A stretch of DNA of 34,740 bases from a virus (IMGVR_UViG_3300012942_000094:1-34740), one strand, 5' to 3'. Shown: positions 6,238 to 16,418, counted from the stretch's first letter. Made by a program: numbers and translations. Notes: generated by a model from the letters alone, not told the origin.

Positions 6238-9200
6238 TCAGGCGACGGGGGCGGCCTGGAACGGCGGGTCGTAGAGGTAGGCGCCGGCGGCGTGGACGGT
6301 GAGCGGCCGGGCGTCGGTGACCGCGATCCGGGCGGTGGTCGTGACGCGCACGGTGCAGCCGGTGTCGGTCACGGTGTCCTGCAAGACACGCGCGGTGGCC
6401 TTGCCCTGCCAGGCCGCGCCGACGTCGAGGCGGGCGTCAGCGCCGCGGACCTTGTCGAGCGGCTCCTCGTCCCACAGGATCGGGACGTCGTGCTCCCCGG
6501 CTTCCCACACGTCGGTGATGGCCTGCGACCCGTGGACGTACCGGATCTCCTGGTCCTCGAGCTGGCACAGCCGCGCCCAGATGACTCCGATCTGGCTGAC
6601 CAGGTCGACCGAGGGTTCGAGGTCGCCGGACCCGTCGGCCTTCGGGGTCATGTAGACCAGCTCGGGCGGCAGGTCCTCGGCGATTGGCCCGAACTGCAGC
6701 TGCCCGCTGGCGGCGGCCTTCCCGCCCCGCCCGACGCGGCGCCAGCCCATCGACCGGGCGGTGCGGAACACGTCGCGCGGGTCGAGCACGTGGCGGGTGT
6801 CGACGATGTCGGTCTTCGCCTCTGACGTCGACGACGTCGGGAACGACGAGGCCTTGCACGGCCCGAACTGGGTGCCGTCGCCGTTGACGATGCTGACCTG
6901 CGCCGACTCGAACTTCACGCCCGCGTTCGCGCCGGTCGCGAGGAACGCGGGGTTGTTCGAGCCGTCGGTGGTGAACCACACGGTGGAGGCGGCGACGTCC
7001 GACCCGGACGAGTTGAGCTTGCCGAACGAGATGCGCCGCGGGTTCGAGTCCGGGGAGGAGAGGCCCTCGTTGATGTAGAAGCGGTGTAGCGGGGCGATGA
7101 AGCTGGTCAGGCGGTCGAACACGGCGATCTCGGCGCGCAGGTTCGACAGGTCGTTCTCGGAGGAGAAGTTGATGCCGACGCCGGAGGAGTCCGCGTTGAT
7201 GCGCCCGGAGCGGCCGTTCCCGTCGACCGGGCCGCGCATCGCGATGCCGCTGCCGAGGTTCCAGACGCGGGAGTAGTTCGACCCGGCCGACGGGTAGAGC
7301 CGGAGCTCGCCGCTGGTGGTCATGTTCCAGCGCTGCCCGGATAGGGCGGACTGGATGGTGCCGGTGATCAGGGCGTTGCCGTCGCCCTTGATCTCGATGG
7401 TCATCGTGTTCGAGCTGTTGTAGAAGCGCAGGCTGGTGGTGTCCCACTCGCTGCGCGCGCCCGTGGACCCGACCGCGGCGGTGCGGAACTGGCCGGTGCC
7501 GATGACGATGGTGCTGTTCGTCGTCCCGGAGGTGATCTTCCCGACGGACAGGGTCTCGATCTTCGCGTCGTTCACCGCGAGGTCAGCGATCTTCGCGGTC
7601 ACGATGGCCGCGTCGACGATCTTCGCCGAGGTGATCGCGCCGTTCACGACGTGCTGACTCTCGACGCTGTCCGGGCCCAGCTTGTTCGCGTCGATGATCT
7701 CGTCGATCAGGTCCTGTGACACCAACTGCTCGGCCGTGAACGGCCCCGCTGTCGCCGATGTGGCGGACGCGTTCCCAGCCCGGTCCACCGACCGCAGCGC
7801 CACATACCACGACACACCGACAGGAAGGTCGGTGATGTTCGTGGCCCCGGCACCGACGATGTTCGCGACGTGCTGCGCGTCGCTGTCCTCGGGGTCGAAC
7901 GGCAGCGGCCCGGTCGATGCCGGACCCTCGTCGACGAGGATCGTGGAGCCCTGCGACAGCCACACCTCGTTGTAGAGCCAGTCGAACGGCATCGGCTCGC
8001 CCTCGGACCCGAGGCCGGACGAGACGACGTTGAGGGTGCGGAACCACACCTGCCCATCGGGCTCGCCAGGCACCGGGGGCGGGGTGTTGTCGACCTCGGT
8101 GGTCAGGTCGAGCCGGTCCGACCAGGGCCCCTGGTTGCCGTTGTTGTCGAACGCGGCGACGCGGATCCCGATCTCCACGCCGGCGCCGACCCCGGCGAAC
8201 GTGAACTCGGTGTCCGACACGCCCTGATATGGGGTGGGCTCGTACCAGTACAGGACAGGGTCCGGGGCGCCGGTGAGCGGCGGCCCGACCTGTGCGGTAC
8301 CCAGGTAGGCGTACTGCACGCGGTAGCCGGCGATGTCGGTGGCCGCGGTGCCGTCGACGTTCAGCGTCGGCGCCGTCCACCCGACCGTCACCGACGCGTA
8401 CGTCTCGGAGTTCGCCTCGTCCTGGTAGGCGATCGAGTCGGCGACGAGGTCCGTCGGCGCGCCGGGCGCGACGTCGTCGTCGAGGCCTGTGGACGCGGAC
8501 GACGTCCCCACGACCGTGTCGCCGGCCTGGAGCGCGTTGAGCCGGGCGAGGAGCCGGGACACGGCGTCGCGGATGCTGTCGTTGAGCGTGACCGACCCGG
8601 ACACGCCCTGCGACGCGTCGAACGACAGCGTCCACTGCACGACCCGCAGCCGGTCCAGGCTCGTCCCGGTCTGCGAGTACACCCAGTCGCCGATGTTGAA
8701 CGCGATCACCGGGCGGGGCTCGCCGGGCAGGAACGCCAGCCCGTGCGTGACCTCGAGGAGCCCGGTGGTGGTCGCGCCGAGGTGCTTCTGCGCGAACGCC
8801 TGCACGGCGGCCGCGTCGGACAGGTTGTTCGCCGACACGTACCGCTCGATGCGGCGGCCGCGGCGTGCCAGGGCGGTCGGGTCGGACGCCTGCTGGTAGA
8901 CGCCTTCGGCGCCGGCGGCGAGGACGGCGGTGCCGGCGTCGCGCACCGACCACTTCCGGGGGGCCTCGGTCAGGTTCCGCGCCTTGCGGAGCACGACCGG
9001 CCGCGCGCCGGTGGTGAGGTCGGATCCGCGGCCCTCGGGGGCCCACATGTCGAGCTGAAGCTCTGAACCGGTCCAGGTGATGGCCCACTCGGCCACCCCG
9101 AGGTCTACGAGATTCCCGAGGACCTTGTCATAACCACCGCCCGGGGAGAACTTCGTCGACACGACGTTCGGCCACTCGGTGCCGCCGGAGTCGTGCGTGT

Positions 9201-10923
9201 CGGAGAACCCGAGAGTGATGTCGGTCAGGGCGCCGCGATCGGTCGCCTGCCCCATCAGGAACGTCATGATCTCGCCGGGCGTGGCCGCCGAGAAGAACAG
9301 CTCACCCTTCGTCGCGGTCGTCTGGGTCTGTGTGCCCTCGCTGCCGGACGTGGCGTGCTGCGTGGTCGTCGTTGTGTGCGACCCGGACTCCGACGAGATC
9401 GTCTGCTCGACGGTGATCGTGTAGTCGTTGTCGCCGTTCTTCACCGTCGTCGTCACCGTCGTGGTGGTGACGACAGGCTGGTTCTCGATGACGGCGTCGC
9501 CCATGCGGAGCTCGGCGAACCCGCCCGCGAACGTCCACACCGCGTTCTCCGCGACGTCGTCGCCAGCGGCCTCCTGCAGGTAGCCGCGCATCGCGCCGAC
9601 CGCGGATCCGGTGACGCGGAGTTCGACCTCGACGTCGCGGCCGTCGACGACGTTCGAGCGGAGCAGCTCGAAGTTCAGCCCGGTCACCGGGTAGCCGACC
9701 GTGATGGCGCCGGGCCCGTTGCGTTCCCGGGACTGGTCGAGCCGGGTGAAGTCGGGCAGCGCGACCGCGTCCCCGGTGTCGGGGTCGATCGCGAACAGCG
9801 ACAGGTCCAGGTCGGCGTACAGGGTCTCGACGTAGCCGCCGGACGAGCCGGTGCCTTCGTCGTCCCCGGCGACGTCGGCGTCGAGCGACACCAGGGCGTC
9901 GGTGCTGGTGGCCGAGTCGGTGCCGGGCAGGGTGATGTACCCGGCCTCGGAGCCGTCGCCGGCGTCGGCGGTCGCGGTGAGCGTCGCGGCGACGGTGCCG
10001 GTGCTGCCGCCGGTGCCGGTGTCCGATCCTGCGGTGTCGGCGGCGACCGAGCCGCCGTCGTCGTCGCCGGATCCGCTGTCGGCGCCGGTGGCCGGCATCG
10101 CGACGAAACCGTCCTCGGATCCGCTGCCGGAGTCCGAGCCGGACTGCAGGAGCGCGAGCTCACCGGACTCGGAGCCCGTGCCGGAGTCGGCCGGCGCGGT
10201 GGTGGTGGCCGCGACGGAGCCGCTGTCGGATCCGGTGCCGGAGTCCGAGCCGGACTTGTCGACGCTGGCAGCCTCGACAACCGTCGGGATCACGACGGTG
10301 AGCGCGGACCACGTCTTCGACGTGCTGGTCAGCGTCGCCGCGGCAGTGCCGACCGTGGCATGCCCGGAGAGCTGCGCCGATGCCGCGTAGGAGCGGATCC
10401 AGTTGAACGGCGGGGTGACGATCCCGCGGCTGGTGTACCCGGTCGGCGTGGACGTCGAGTAGGTCGACGACGCCGTCTGGGTGTTCGCCATGAACCCGCG
10501 GATCACGAGCGGGTCGTCACCGGTGTAGGAGGCGACGGCCGGCGCGGTGTGCGTGTTCGACGCGGCGCCGTTGGCGAACGAGACCTCGAGCTCGGCGTCG
10601 GCTGGGATGTCCTGGAGCGCGAACAGGTGCACACAGCCCGACGTGCCGCCGGAGCCGGAGGTGGCGGTCGAGGCGAAGCTGTACGAGGACGGCTCCGACC
10701 CGCCCGCGATCTTCTCGTAGACGTCGCCCTGGCCGCGGTTCGACACGAACCCCGACGAGCCGACGAGGGTGAACCCGGACGGGGTGGTGACCGACTGGAG
10801 GCCCTCGTCGTGCCAGACGATCGCGACGAGCCGGTCCCCAGACGCGGTGCCGGTCGGCTTCGTGACGTTCACGGTGCCGTCGTCGACTGCGCCGGTCTGG
10901 ACGCTGCGCACACCAGGGGCCAC
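6238..10923 (-). CDS. Large tail-tip/central fibre protein: N-terminal beta domain, acidic repeats, baseplate-hub-like region, FN3-like domains, S74-like intramolecular chaperone
   Basis: Position after Dit; FN3-like APTDL...VTVGWTAP...GYRVQY...IRVAAFD; AITSAKI repeats; SSTSEAKTDI...FGPIAEDL...PELV...DLVSQIGVIW chaperone-like motifs. Confidence 0.85.
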   Translation of the reverse strand: MAPGVRSVQTGAVDDGTVNVTKPTGTASGDRLVAIVWHDEGLQSVTTPSGFTLVGSSGFVSNRGQGDVYEKIAGGSEPSSYSFASTATSGSGGTSGCVHLFALQDIPADAELEVSFANGAASNTHTAPAVASYTGDDPLVIRGFMANTQTASSTYSTSTPTGYTSRGIVTPPFNWIRSYAASAQLSGHATVGTAAATLTSTSKTWSALTVVIPTVVEAASVDKSGSDSGTGSDSGSVAATTTAPADSGTGSESGELALLQSGSDSGSGSEDGFVAMPATGADSGSGDDDGGSVAADTAGSDTGTGGSTGTVAATLTATADAGDGSEAGYITLPGTDSATSTDALVSLDADVAGDDEGTGSSGGYVETLYADLDLSLFAIDPDTGDAVALPDFTRLDQSRERNGPGAITVGYPVTGLNFELLRSNVVDGRDVEVELRVTGSAVGAMRGYLQEAAGDDVAENAVWTFAGGFAELRMGDAVIENQPVVTTTTVTTTVKNGDNDYTITVEQTISSESGSHTTTTTQHATSGSEGTQTQTTATKGELFFSAATPGEIMTFLMGQATDRGALTDITLGFSDTHDSGGTEWPNVVSTKFSPGGGYDKVLGNLVDLGVAEWAITWTGSELQLDMWAPEGRGSDLTTGARPVVLRKARNLTEAPRKWSVRDAGTAVLAAGAEGVYQQASDPTALARRGRRIERYVSANNLSDAAAVQAFAQKHLGATTTGLLEVTHGLAFLPGEPRPVIAFNIGDWVYSQTGTSLDRLRVVQWTLSFDASQGVSGSVTLNDSIRDAVSRLLARLNALQAGDTVVGTSSASTGLDDDVAPGAPTDLVADSIAYQDEANSETYASVTVGWTAPTLNVDGTAATDIAGYRVQYAYLGTAQVGPPLTGAPDPVLYWYEPTPYQGVSDTEFTFAGVGAGVEIGIRVAAFDNNGNQGPWSDRLDLTTEVDNTPPPVPGEPDGQVWFRTLNVVSSGLGSEGEPMPFDWLYNEVWLSQGSTILVDEGPASTGPLPFDPEDSDAQHVANIVGAGATNITDLPVGVSWYVALRSVDRAGNASATSATAGPFTAEQLVSQDLIDEIIDANKLGPDSVESQHVVNGAITSAKIVDAAIVTAKIADLAVNDAKIETLSVGKITSGTTNSTIVIGTGQFRTAAVGSTGARSEWDTTSLRFYNSSNTMTIEIKGDGNALITGTIQSALSGQRWNMTTSGELRLYPSAGSNYSRVWNLGSGIAMRGPVDGNGRSGRINADSSGVGINFSSENDLSNLRAEIAVFDRLTSFIAPLHRFYINEGLSSPDSNPRRISFGKLNSSGSDVAASTVWFTTDGSNNPAFLATGANAGVKFESAQVSIVNGDGTQFGPCKASSFPTSSTSEAKTDIVDTRHVLDPRDVFRTARSMGWRRVGRGGKAAASGQLQFGPIAEDLPPELVYMTPKADGSGDLEPSVDLVSQIGVIWARLCQLEDQEIRYVHGSQAITDVWEAGEHDVPILWDEEPLDKVRGADARLDVGAAWQGKATARVLQDTVTDTGCTVRVTTTARIAVTDARPLTVHAAGAYLYDPPFQAAPVA
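9835..10245 (-). repeat. About 8 acidic 16-19-aa repeats (DSGxGS[DE]xG) in the tail-tip protein
   Basis: DSGTGSDSG, DSGTGSESG, DSGSGSEDG, DSGSGDDDG, DTGTGGSTG, DAGDGSEAG, DSATSTDA, DEGTGSSGG. Confidence 0.8.
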
Positions 10924-10973
10924 CGGTCACTCCACCTCGTTCACGTCCAGGTCACCGATGACAGCGAGATCCG

Positions 10974-11561
10974 CTAGCTGATGGAGAGCGTCCAGGTGAG
11001 CACCCACGACGCGGCGCTCGACTTCGTACCCAGGGCAGCGACGGTCCGCGACCACATCGCGCCGCTCGAGGCGGCGTTCGCGACCCCGACCTCGTTCCAG
11101 GCGAAGTTCGCGTCCCCCGTCCCGAACGTGGCCGTGAACGTGACGCTGTTCGTCGACACCGACGGGGTGCCGTCGACGAGCTTCCGCAGCTTGTTCGTCG
11201 ACGCCTGCAGGTCCGTCTGCCCGGCGGACGCGGACGTCGACGAGTCCCCGACGCAGAGACGCGCGTTGCTCGACGAGAACGCCGTCGCCGTCGCACCCGT
11301 CGCTAGCTTCAGGACCTCGGTGATCCCGGCCGTCAGGAACAGGTTCGGGGCCGTCTCCACGACCTCGTACAGGTTGGCGTCGGCGACGTCGCCCATGTAC
11401 TTCCGCACCGCGTACCGGCCCTCGAGGACCTGCGCGCCAGCCGCGCGGGCCTCGAGGATGGCGTGATCCTTCGGGGTGACCAGCCGGCGACGGACGATGG
11501 TCGGCTCGGCTCCACGCGCGTGGTCGATTCCAGCAGGCACAGCGTTCTCCCCTTCGGGCAT
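10974..11561 (-). CDS. Virion structural protein (fibre base/collar-like)
   Basis: LTAG...VGDSST...QTDL...VTFTATF...NEVGV...SR...LTWTLSI resembles fibre-attachment domains; apparent paralogue of 22192..22932. Confidence 0.7.
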   Translation of the reverse strand: MPEGENAVPAGIDHARGAEPTIVRRRLVTPKDHAILEARAAGAQVLEGRYAVRKYMGDVADANLYEVVETAPNLFLTAGITEVLKLATGATATAFSSSNARLCVGDSSTSASAGQTDLQASTNKLRKLVDGTPSVSTNSVTFTATFGTGDANFAWNEVGVANAASSGAMWSRTVAALGTKSSAASWVLTWTLSIS

Positions 11562-11607
11562 GGTGAGACACCCGGACCGACGCGGCCGGGAAGTGGACGG
11601 GCAGGGG

Positions 11608-12444
11608 TCAGGCGGCGAACAGGTAGGCGCGGCGCCCAGCGATCGTGCAGGTCGCGGACCCGCCGCCGGTGTGCGTGATCGTCGCCTCGAACGGGTTCGC
11701 GGTCGGGTCGAGCTCGAACCAGCGGCCCGCGGACGGCCCGAACTCGACGAGCCTCATGTCCGGGCTCCAGGCGTCACCCGTGCCGGTCGACACCGTCCAG
11801 TTCCCGGTGTTGATGACCAGCTGCCGGCCCGACGACACGACGCCGCCGTACTTCACGTATCGCTCACCGACGGAGACCTGCGGGTTGTTGCACGGCCCCC
11901 ACGTGATCGTCAGGTCCGACATCAGCGCCGACGACCCCACGAACTCGTCGAGGCTGCTCGACGTCCCCGTCGACCCGGTGATGGTGTGCGTCACCGTGTC
12001 CGTGTCGAACCAGAACGCCTCGGGCACCGTCAACGCCAGGTTCACCCGGGCCAGCGGCGGCGCCGACCGGGCGCGCGTGAACACCGTCGGATCGAGCGCG
12101 AGCTCGGCGACGGCCTGCACGTTCGTGCCGTCGTCGAGGGTGTGCCCGAGCGTCACCGTCTCCCCAGACACCTCGAGCAGCAACGCCTTCACGTTCGCGT
12201 GGAGCTGGCTCACCGGGTCGGTGGGGACGAGACCGGTGTCGGGGTCGAGGCCCTTCACCCACAGCGGGATCTGCAGGTCCAGCGCGTCCCACCGCTTCCG
12301 GGGGGTGCGGATCACACCGTTCCGGCCCGGCACGACGACGTTCTCGCCGCGCCGGCCGGGGGTGGCGAGGAGGAACGAGTAGTCCTCGACACCGGCCGCG
12401 AACTCGCCGAGCGCGCGGCCGTTGATCGTGAACGTTTCGCTCAT
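11608..12444 (-). CDS. Distal tail protein (Dit-like minor tail protein)
   Basis: Directly after the TMP with an ATGA overlap; RRGENVVVPGRNG motif and beta-rich sequence. Confidence 0.85.
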   Translation of the reverse strand: MSETFTINGRALGEFAAGVEDYSFLLATPGRRGENVVVPGRNGVIRTPRKRWDALDLQIPLWVKGLDPDTGLVPTDPVSQLHANVKALLLEVSGETVTLGHTLDDGTNVQAVAELALDPTVFTRARSAPPLARVNLALTVPEAFWFDTDTVTHTITGSTGTSSSLDEFVGSSALMSDLTITWGPCNNPQVSVGERYVKYGGVVSSGRQLVINTGNWTVSTGTGDAWSPDMRLVEFGPSAGRWFELDPTANPFEATITHTGGGSATCTIAGRRAYLFAA

Positions 12445-15400
12445 CCGAACAACCCCACATCTGCCAGGGACCGGGCACCTGCTGCGACAGCGGCCGCGCC
12501 AGGCCGGGACCGCTGAGCCTCGTTGACGAGCGCGGCGGTGTTCCGGGCGGTCGCCCTGTCCGCGGCCGCGTAACCAGCTGCGTCCGCCCGCAGGTCGCTG
12601 ACCTCGGCCCGGAGAGCGTCAATACGGCTCGCCAAGGAGCCGAGGTCGATGTTGACCGCGCTCCCGGACGGGCGCGGAGCCCAGCCCGATCCCGGACCGC
12701 TGGCGCCCCGCGGCTGCGGGATTAGCCCGTCCATCAGCCCAGCAAGGCTGCCCACGTTCGCGGCCGGGCGCCCCCCGGACGCCTCCGCATTGGCCGCGAG
12801 GATCCGGCTGGCGCCGAGCGCCCGCACAAGCTCTGGGACGAGGACGGCCTCACCCCTGGATAGCAGAGCAGGCACAGTATCCCGGCCGGGCGCGTAACCG
12901 CTCAGGACGAGACCAGAAGCGGCGCGGACGCGTGGACGAACCACTCCACCGCCGGAGTAGCCGGCTACGCCACCCCCGGCGAACTCCTGCTGTCCCGCGA
13001 CACGGACTGCCGCGCTGCTCTGCTTGATAACTACGGAGATGACCGCGGTCCGCGGCCGGGCCGCGTTGTCGATCGCCGCGTTCGCCGCTGCGGCGTCCGC
13101 GTTCACCTTAACTGTGCCGGTGCTGCTGTCCGTGCGGGACAGGAACGCCGCGAGGATGTCCGCGGCGGGCACGCTGTTGCCGTTGATCGTCGCCGTCCCG
13201 GACGACGAGTTCACCGCGGACAGATACGCGGCCAGAGCCTCCGCCGCGGGGACGGACTGGCCGTTGATGGTCACCGTGCCCTGCCCGGCGCTGATCTGGC
13301 CGAGGATCCCGGCGAGGGCGACCTGCGCGGGCACGCTCTGCCCGTTGATGGTCACCGTGCCCTGGCCGGACTGGATCGCCGCCAGCACGGTCTGCAACGC
13401 CGTCGCCGCGGGCACCGTGTTGCCGTTGATGTTGACCGTCGCCGACCGGTTCTGCTGGCCGGCGACAAACGCGTCGAGCGCGGCCTTCGCCGTCTCGGTG
13501 TTCGCCGTGATCGTGACCTGTCCGTTCGGTAGGCGCTCCACCTTGAACCCCAGCGCCTCGACCAGGGCCTGCGCGTCGGACGTCAGGGCGTTCACCGTGA
13601 CTTGCTTCTGGCCCGGCACCGCGTCGAGCTGGAACTTGAAGGTGTTCACCTCAGCCGTGGCGCCGGTCGCGTTCGTCTCGAAGTTCACCTTCGCCGCCGC
13701 GGGGATCAACCCGATGGAGTCCGCGAGCGCATTCGCCTGCTCGGCGGACAGCCCCGCGGCCGTGGCGGCGTCGACGAACGCCTGACGCGATTCGGACATC
13801 GACTTCTCAGCCGCCGCCGCACCGGCCCCGACACCGTTCAGCGCCTTCGCGGCCTCACCCGCGCGCGTTGCAGCCTCGCCCGCGCTGGTCGCGAGCCCGG
13901 ACAGCCCAGCCGCGAACTCCTTCGTCGGGGCGGCGCCATCCTTGAGCCCCGCGAGGCCCTGCCGCAGGAAGTCGAGCTTCGCTGCGAAGTCGTTCGACGC
14001 CTCACCGGCCAGCCGGGTCTGCTCCTGCACTTTCTTGAACTCGTCGGTCGTGATGCCCAGCTCACGGGCCAGCTTCGCGGACTCCTCACCCATCCCGAGG
14101 AGGTCGTTGATGACGTGCCCGAAGGTCGTCTTGTCGGTCTCGTTGTTGATCCCGGCCAGGGCCTTCTGGACCTTCTCCATCGCGGGCGCGTTGCCAGACG
14201 CGGCCGCCGCGATGTCGTCGAGGGACAGCCCGATGCTCTGCAGCTTCGGACCCCACTTCTGGTACTGGTCCGACGCCCCGATGATCGCCGCGGTGTGCGC
14301 GGTGAGCTGCGTGTTCACCCGCTCCAGCGCACCCGGCATGCCGAGGGTGGCGCGGACGTAGTCCTCGGTCGACACACCGAGCTGCTTGACCTTCTCGAGC
14401 GTGCCGTCCTTGGCCAGCTGCGAGGCCTTCTCGTTGATCGTGGCCTGCGTGACCGCACCCGAGTACTTGTCGAGGGTGCCGGCCAGCGCGTCGAGCGCCG
14501 CCTTGTGTTCCTGTGCCTTCTGCGCTGCGTTGCTCTGCAGCTGCGAGAAGATGCCCAGCGCGATCCCCGCACCGGCCAACGCGATCCCGAGGACGCCGCC
14601 GACACCCAGGGTCGACGCGAGCCCCCGCAGCGCGCCCATGAGACCGCCACCGGACACAGCGGTACCGAGGTTCCGCAGCGACGTCACGAAGCTGGACACG
14701 AACCCGGCGATCGCGTTGATGCCGGTCATCAGCTTCGCCGCGGCCCACACGCCGAGGAGCCCGGTCGCGACAGGGCCGAGCACCGGCGCGAGCGCCCCGA
14801 ACGCCTGCACTAGCGGCCCGATCACCGACACGGCTATGGACCCGAGTGTCGACACGATCGGCCCGACGACCTGCGCGATCTGCGAGAACGCTGCCCCGAT
14901 CTTCTGCCCGAGCTGCGAGTCCGCGATCTTGTTGACGACGTCACCGATCGCGGTCGCCAACGTCTTCACGCCCGGCAGCGCTGCCTCGACGGTCTGCTTG
15001 ATCGTCGAGAACACGTTCGCGATCGCTGTCTGGCCCTGCGCGGAGTTGACGAAGTTCCGGATCTCCGTCGTCAGGTTCCGCACGGTGCCGAGGAAGTCCC
15101 CACCCGACGACGTCGCCGCCTTGAAGATCCCGGCGAGGGTCGAGCCGACGTTCACTGCGATCGCGCCGAGGTCCTTCAGCGCCTGCACGCCTTGGTCGAT
15201 CCACTGGCGCAGGTCGCCGCTCTGCCGGGCCCGCGCGACGAACTGGGCGAACTGCTCGGCCGCGGACTGCGCACCCGTCGTCAGAGCGGCCAGCGACCGG
15301 GCGCCCACCGTCGCGATGTCGAGGAACGCCCCGACGAGCGGCTTCACAGCCCCCGACAGGTTGTCGAAGACCGTCGAGATGCTGAGCCCGAGCTGGGTGA

Positions 15401-16418
15401 TGTCGGTGACGCGGTTCGTCTCGGCCAGCAGGTCCGCGATGCCGCGCATCGCGGAGTTCGCGGCCGTCGCGATGCCGCCGAAGCTCTGCTGCAGCACCGG
15501 GATGTAGGTCGCGCCGAGCGACTTGATCGACGTCCCGAGGTCCGCGAACAGCTTCTGCTGGAGATCGAGACGCATCGAGTTGAACGCGGGCTGCAGCGAC
15601 GCGATCGCCTTCGCCGCGGCCTGCGCCGACGGGGCCAGCCCCTTCAACGCCTCGGCGAACTTCGCCGGGTCCCCGGACGCCTTCAGCGCGTCCCCGAACC
15701 CCGAGGCTGCGATCTTCAGCGCGCCGAATCCGGCCGCGGCCGTCGTAAGGATCGCGGGGAGGAGCCCAGTCGAACCGGCGGCGGTGACTGCGGCCTGTCC
15801 GATCGCGGCGAGTTGCGGCGCCGCGGCGATTGCGGCGGCGGGCAGCGCAATTGCGTGCAGCGCCTGCCCGAGCTGCCGGAGGTGGATCAGCGCGTCCGAC
15901 AGGCTGCGGTCGACGGACACCTTGACCGTGGCTCGACGGCCGTCGATCCTGTCGGCCTCGGCGATGATCGCGCCGAGCTTCGCCGCCGCCTCCGCGGTGT
16001 CGGCCTTCACCTGGACGCTCTTCGAGCCGCGGCCGATCGAGTCGAGCTCGCGCTGCAGCGCCTTCGCCTCGGCGATGGCCGCGGCCGCGTCGATGTCGAC
16101 GCCGATCTTCTTGTCCGACAGCTCCTGCATGCGGGCGCGGACGGCAGCGATCGCACGGTCCGCGTCGGAAGAGTCGGCGTCGATCTTCAGTTCGGGTAGG
16201 GCCCGGAACGCCGCCTCGAGCTTCGCTCGCGTGTCGCGGGCGAACGCGCCGATCTCGGCCTCGGCCTTCGCGGTGTCGACGTCGATGTCGACGTCGGCCT
16301 TCTTGCCGTCGAGCTTGTCGATCTTCGCGGCGAGGCGTTCGACCTGCGCCGCCATCTTGACGAAGGTGGAGCTCGCGCGGTCCAGGGCCGACACATCGAA
16401 CTGCAGGTTCGTGGCCAC
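12441..16418 (-). CDS. Tape measure protein
   Basis: 1325-aa Ala/Gly-rich helical protein; C-terminal GG.V...GYAPGRDTVPALLSRGEAVL motif; expected synteny. Confidence 0.93.
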   Translation of the reverse strand: MATNLQFDVSALDRASSTFVKMAAQVERLAAKIDKLDGKKADVDIDVDTAKAEAEIGAFARDTRAKLEAAFRALPELKIDADSSDADRAIAAVRARMQELSDKKIGVDIDAAAAIAEAKALQRELDSIGRGSKSVQVKADTAEAAAKLGAIIAEADRIDGRRATVKVSVDRSLSDALIHLRQLGQALHAIALPAAAIAAAPQLAAIGQAAVTAAGSTGLLPAILTTAAAGFGALKIAASGFGDALKASGDPAKFAEALKGLAPSAQAAAKAIASLQPAFNSMRLDLQQKLFADLGTSIKSLGATYIPVLQQSFGGIATAANSAMRGIADLLAETNRVTDITQLGLSISTVFDNLSGAVKPLVGAFLDIATVGARSLAALTTGAQSAAEQFAQFVARARQSGDLRQWIDQGVQALKDLGAIAVNVGSTLAGIFKAATSSGGDFLGTVRNLTTEIRNFVNSAQGQTAIANVFSTIKQTVEAALPGVKTLATAIGDVVNKIADSQLGQKIGAAFSQIAQVVGPIVSTLGSIAVSVIGPLVQAFGALAPVLGPVATGLLGVWAAAKLMTGINAIAGFVSSFVTSLRNLGTAVSGGGLMGALRGLASTLGVGGVLGIALAGAGIALGIFSQLQSNAAQKAQEHKAALDALAGTLDKYSGAVTQATINEKASQLAKDGTLEKVKQLGVSTEDYVRATLGMPGALERVNTQLTAHTAAIIGASDQYQKWGPKLQSIGLSLDDIAAAASGNAPAMEKVQKALAGINNETDKTTFGHVINDLLGMGEESAKLARELGITTDEFKKVQEQTRLAGEASNDFAAKLDFLRQGLAGLKDGAAPTKEFAAGLSGLATSAGEAATRAGEAAKALNGVGAGAAAAEKSMSESRQAFVDAATAAGLSAEQANALADSIGLIPAAAKVNFETNATGATAEVNTFKFQLDAVPGQKQVTVNALTSDAQALVEALGFKVERLPNGQVTITANTETAKAALDAFVAGQQNRSATVNINGNTVPAATALQTVLAAIQSGQGTVTINGQSVPAQVALAGILGQISAGQGTVTINGQSVPAAEALAAYLSAVNSSSGTATINGNSVPAADILAAFLSRTDSSTGTVKVNADAAAANAAIDNAARPRTAVISVVIKQSSAAVRVAGQQEFAGGGVAGYSGGGVVRPRVRAASGLVLSGYAPGRDTVPALLSRGEAVLVPELVRALGASRILAANAEASGGRPAANVGSLAGLMDGLIPQPRGASGPGSGWAPRPSGSAVNIDLGSLASRIDALRAEVSDLRADAAGYAAADRATARNTAALVNEAQRSRPGAAAVAAGARSLADVGLFG
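13100..13445 (-). repeat. 27-aa (81-bp) tandem repeats in the TMP C-terminal region
   Basis: (Q/S)GT(V/A)TING(Q/N)SVPA-type units four to five times; ccgttgatggtcaccgtgccctg occurs at 13261 and 13342. Confidence 0.8.

Noticed and set aside
6238-10923. Diversity-generating retroelement or invertible tail-fibre system
   Set aside because: No reverse transcriptase, invertase, TR/VR pair or inverted crossover repeats were seen in this window.
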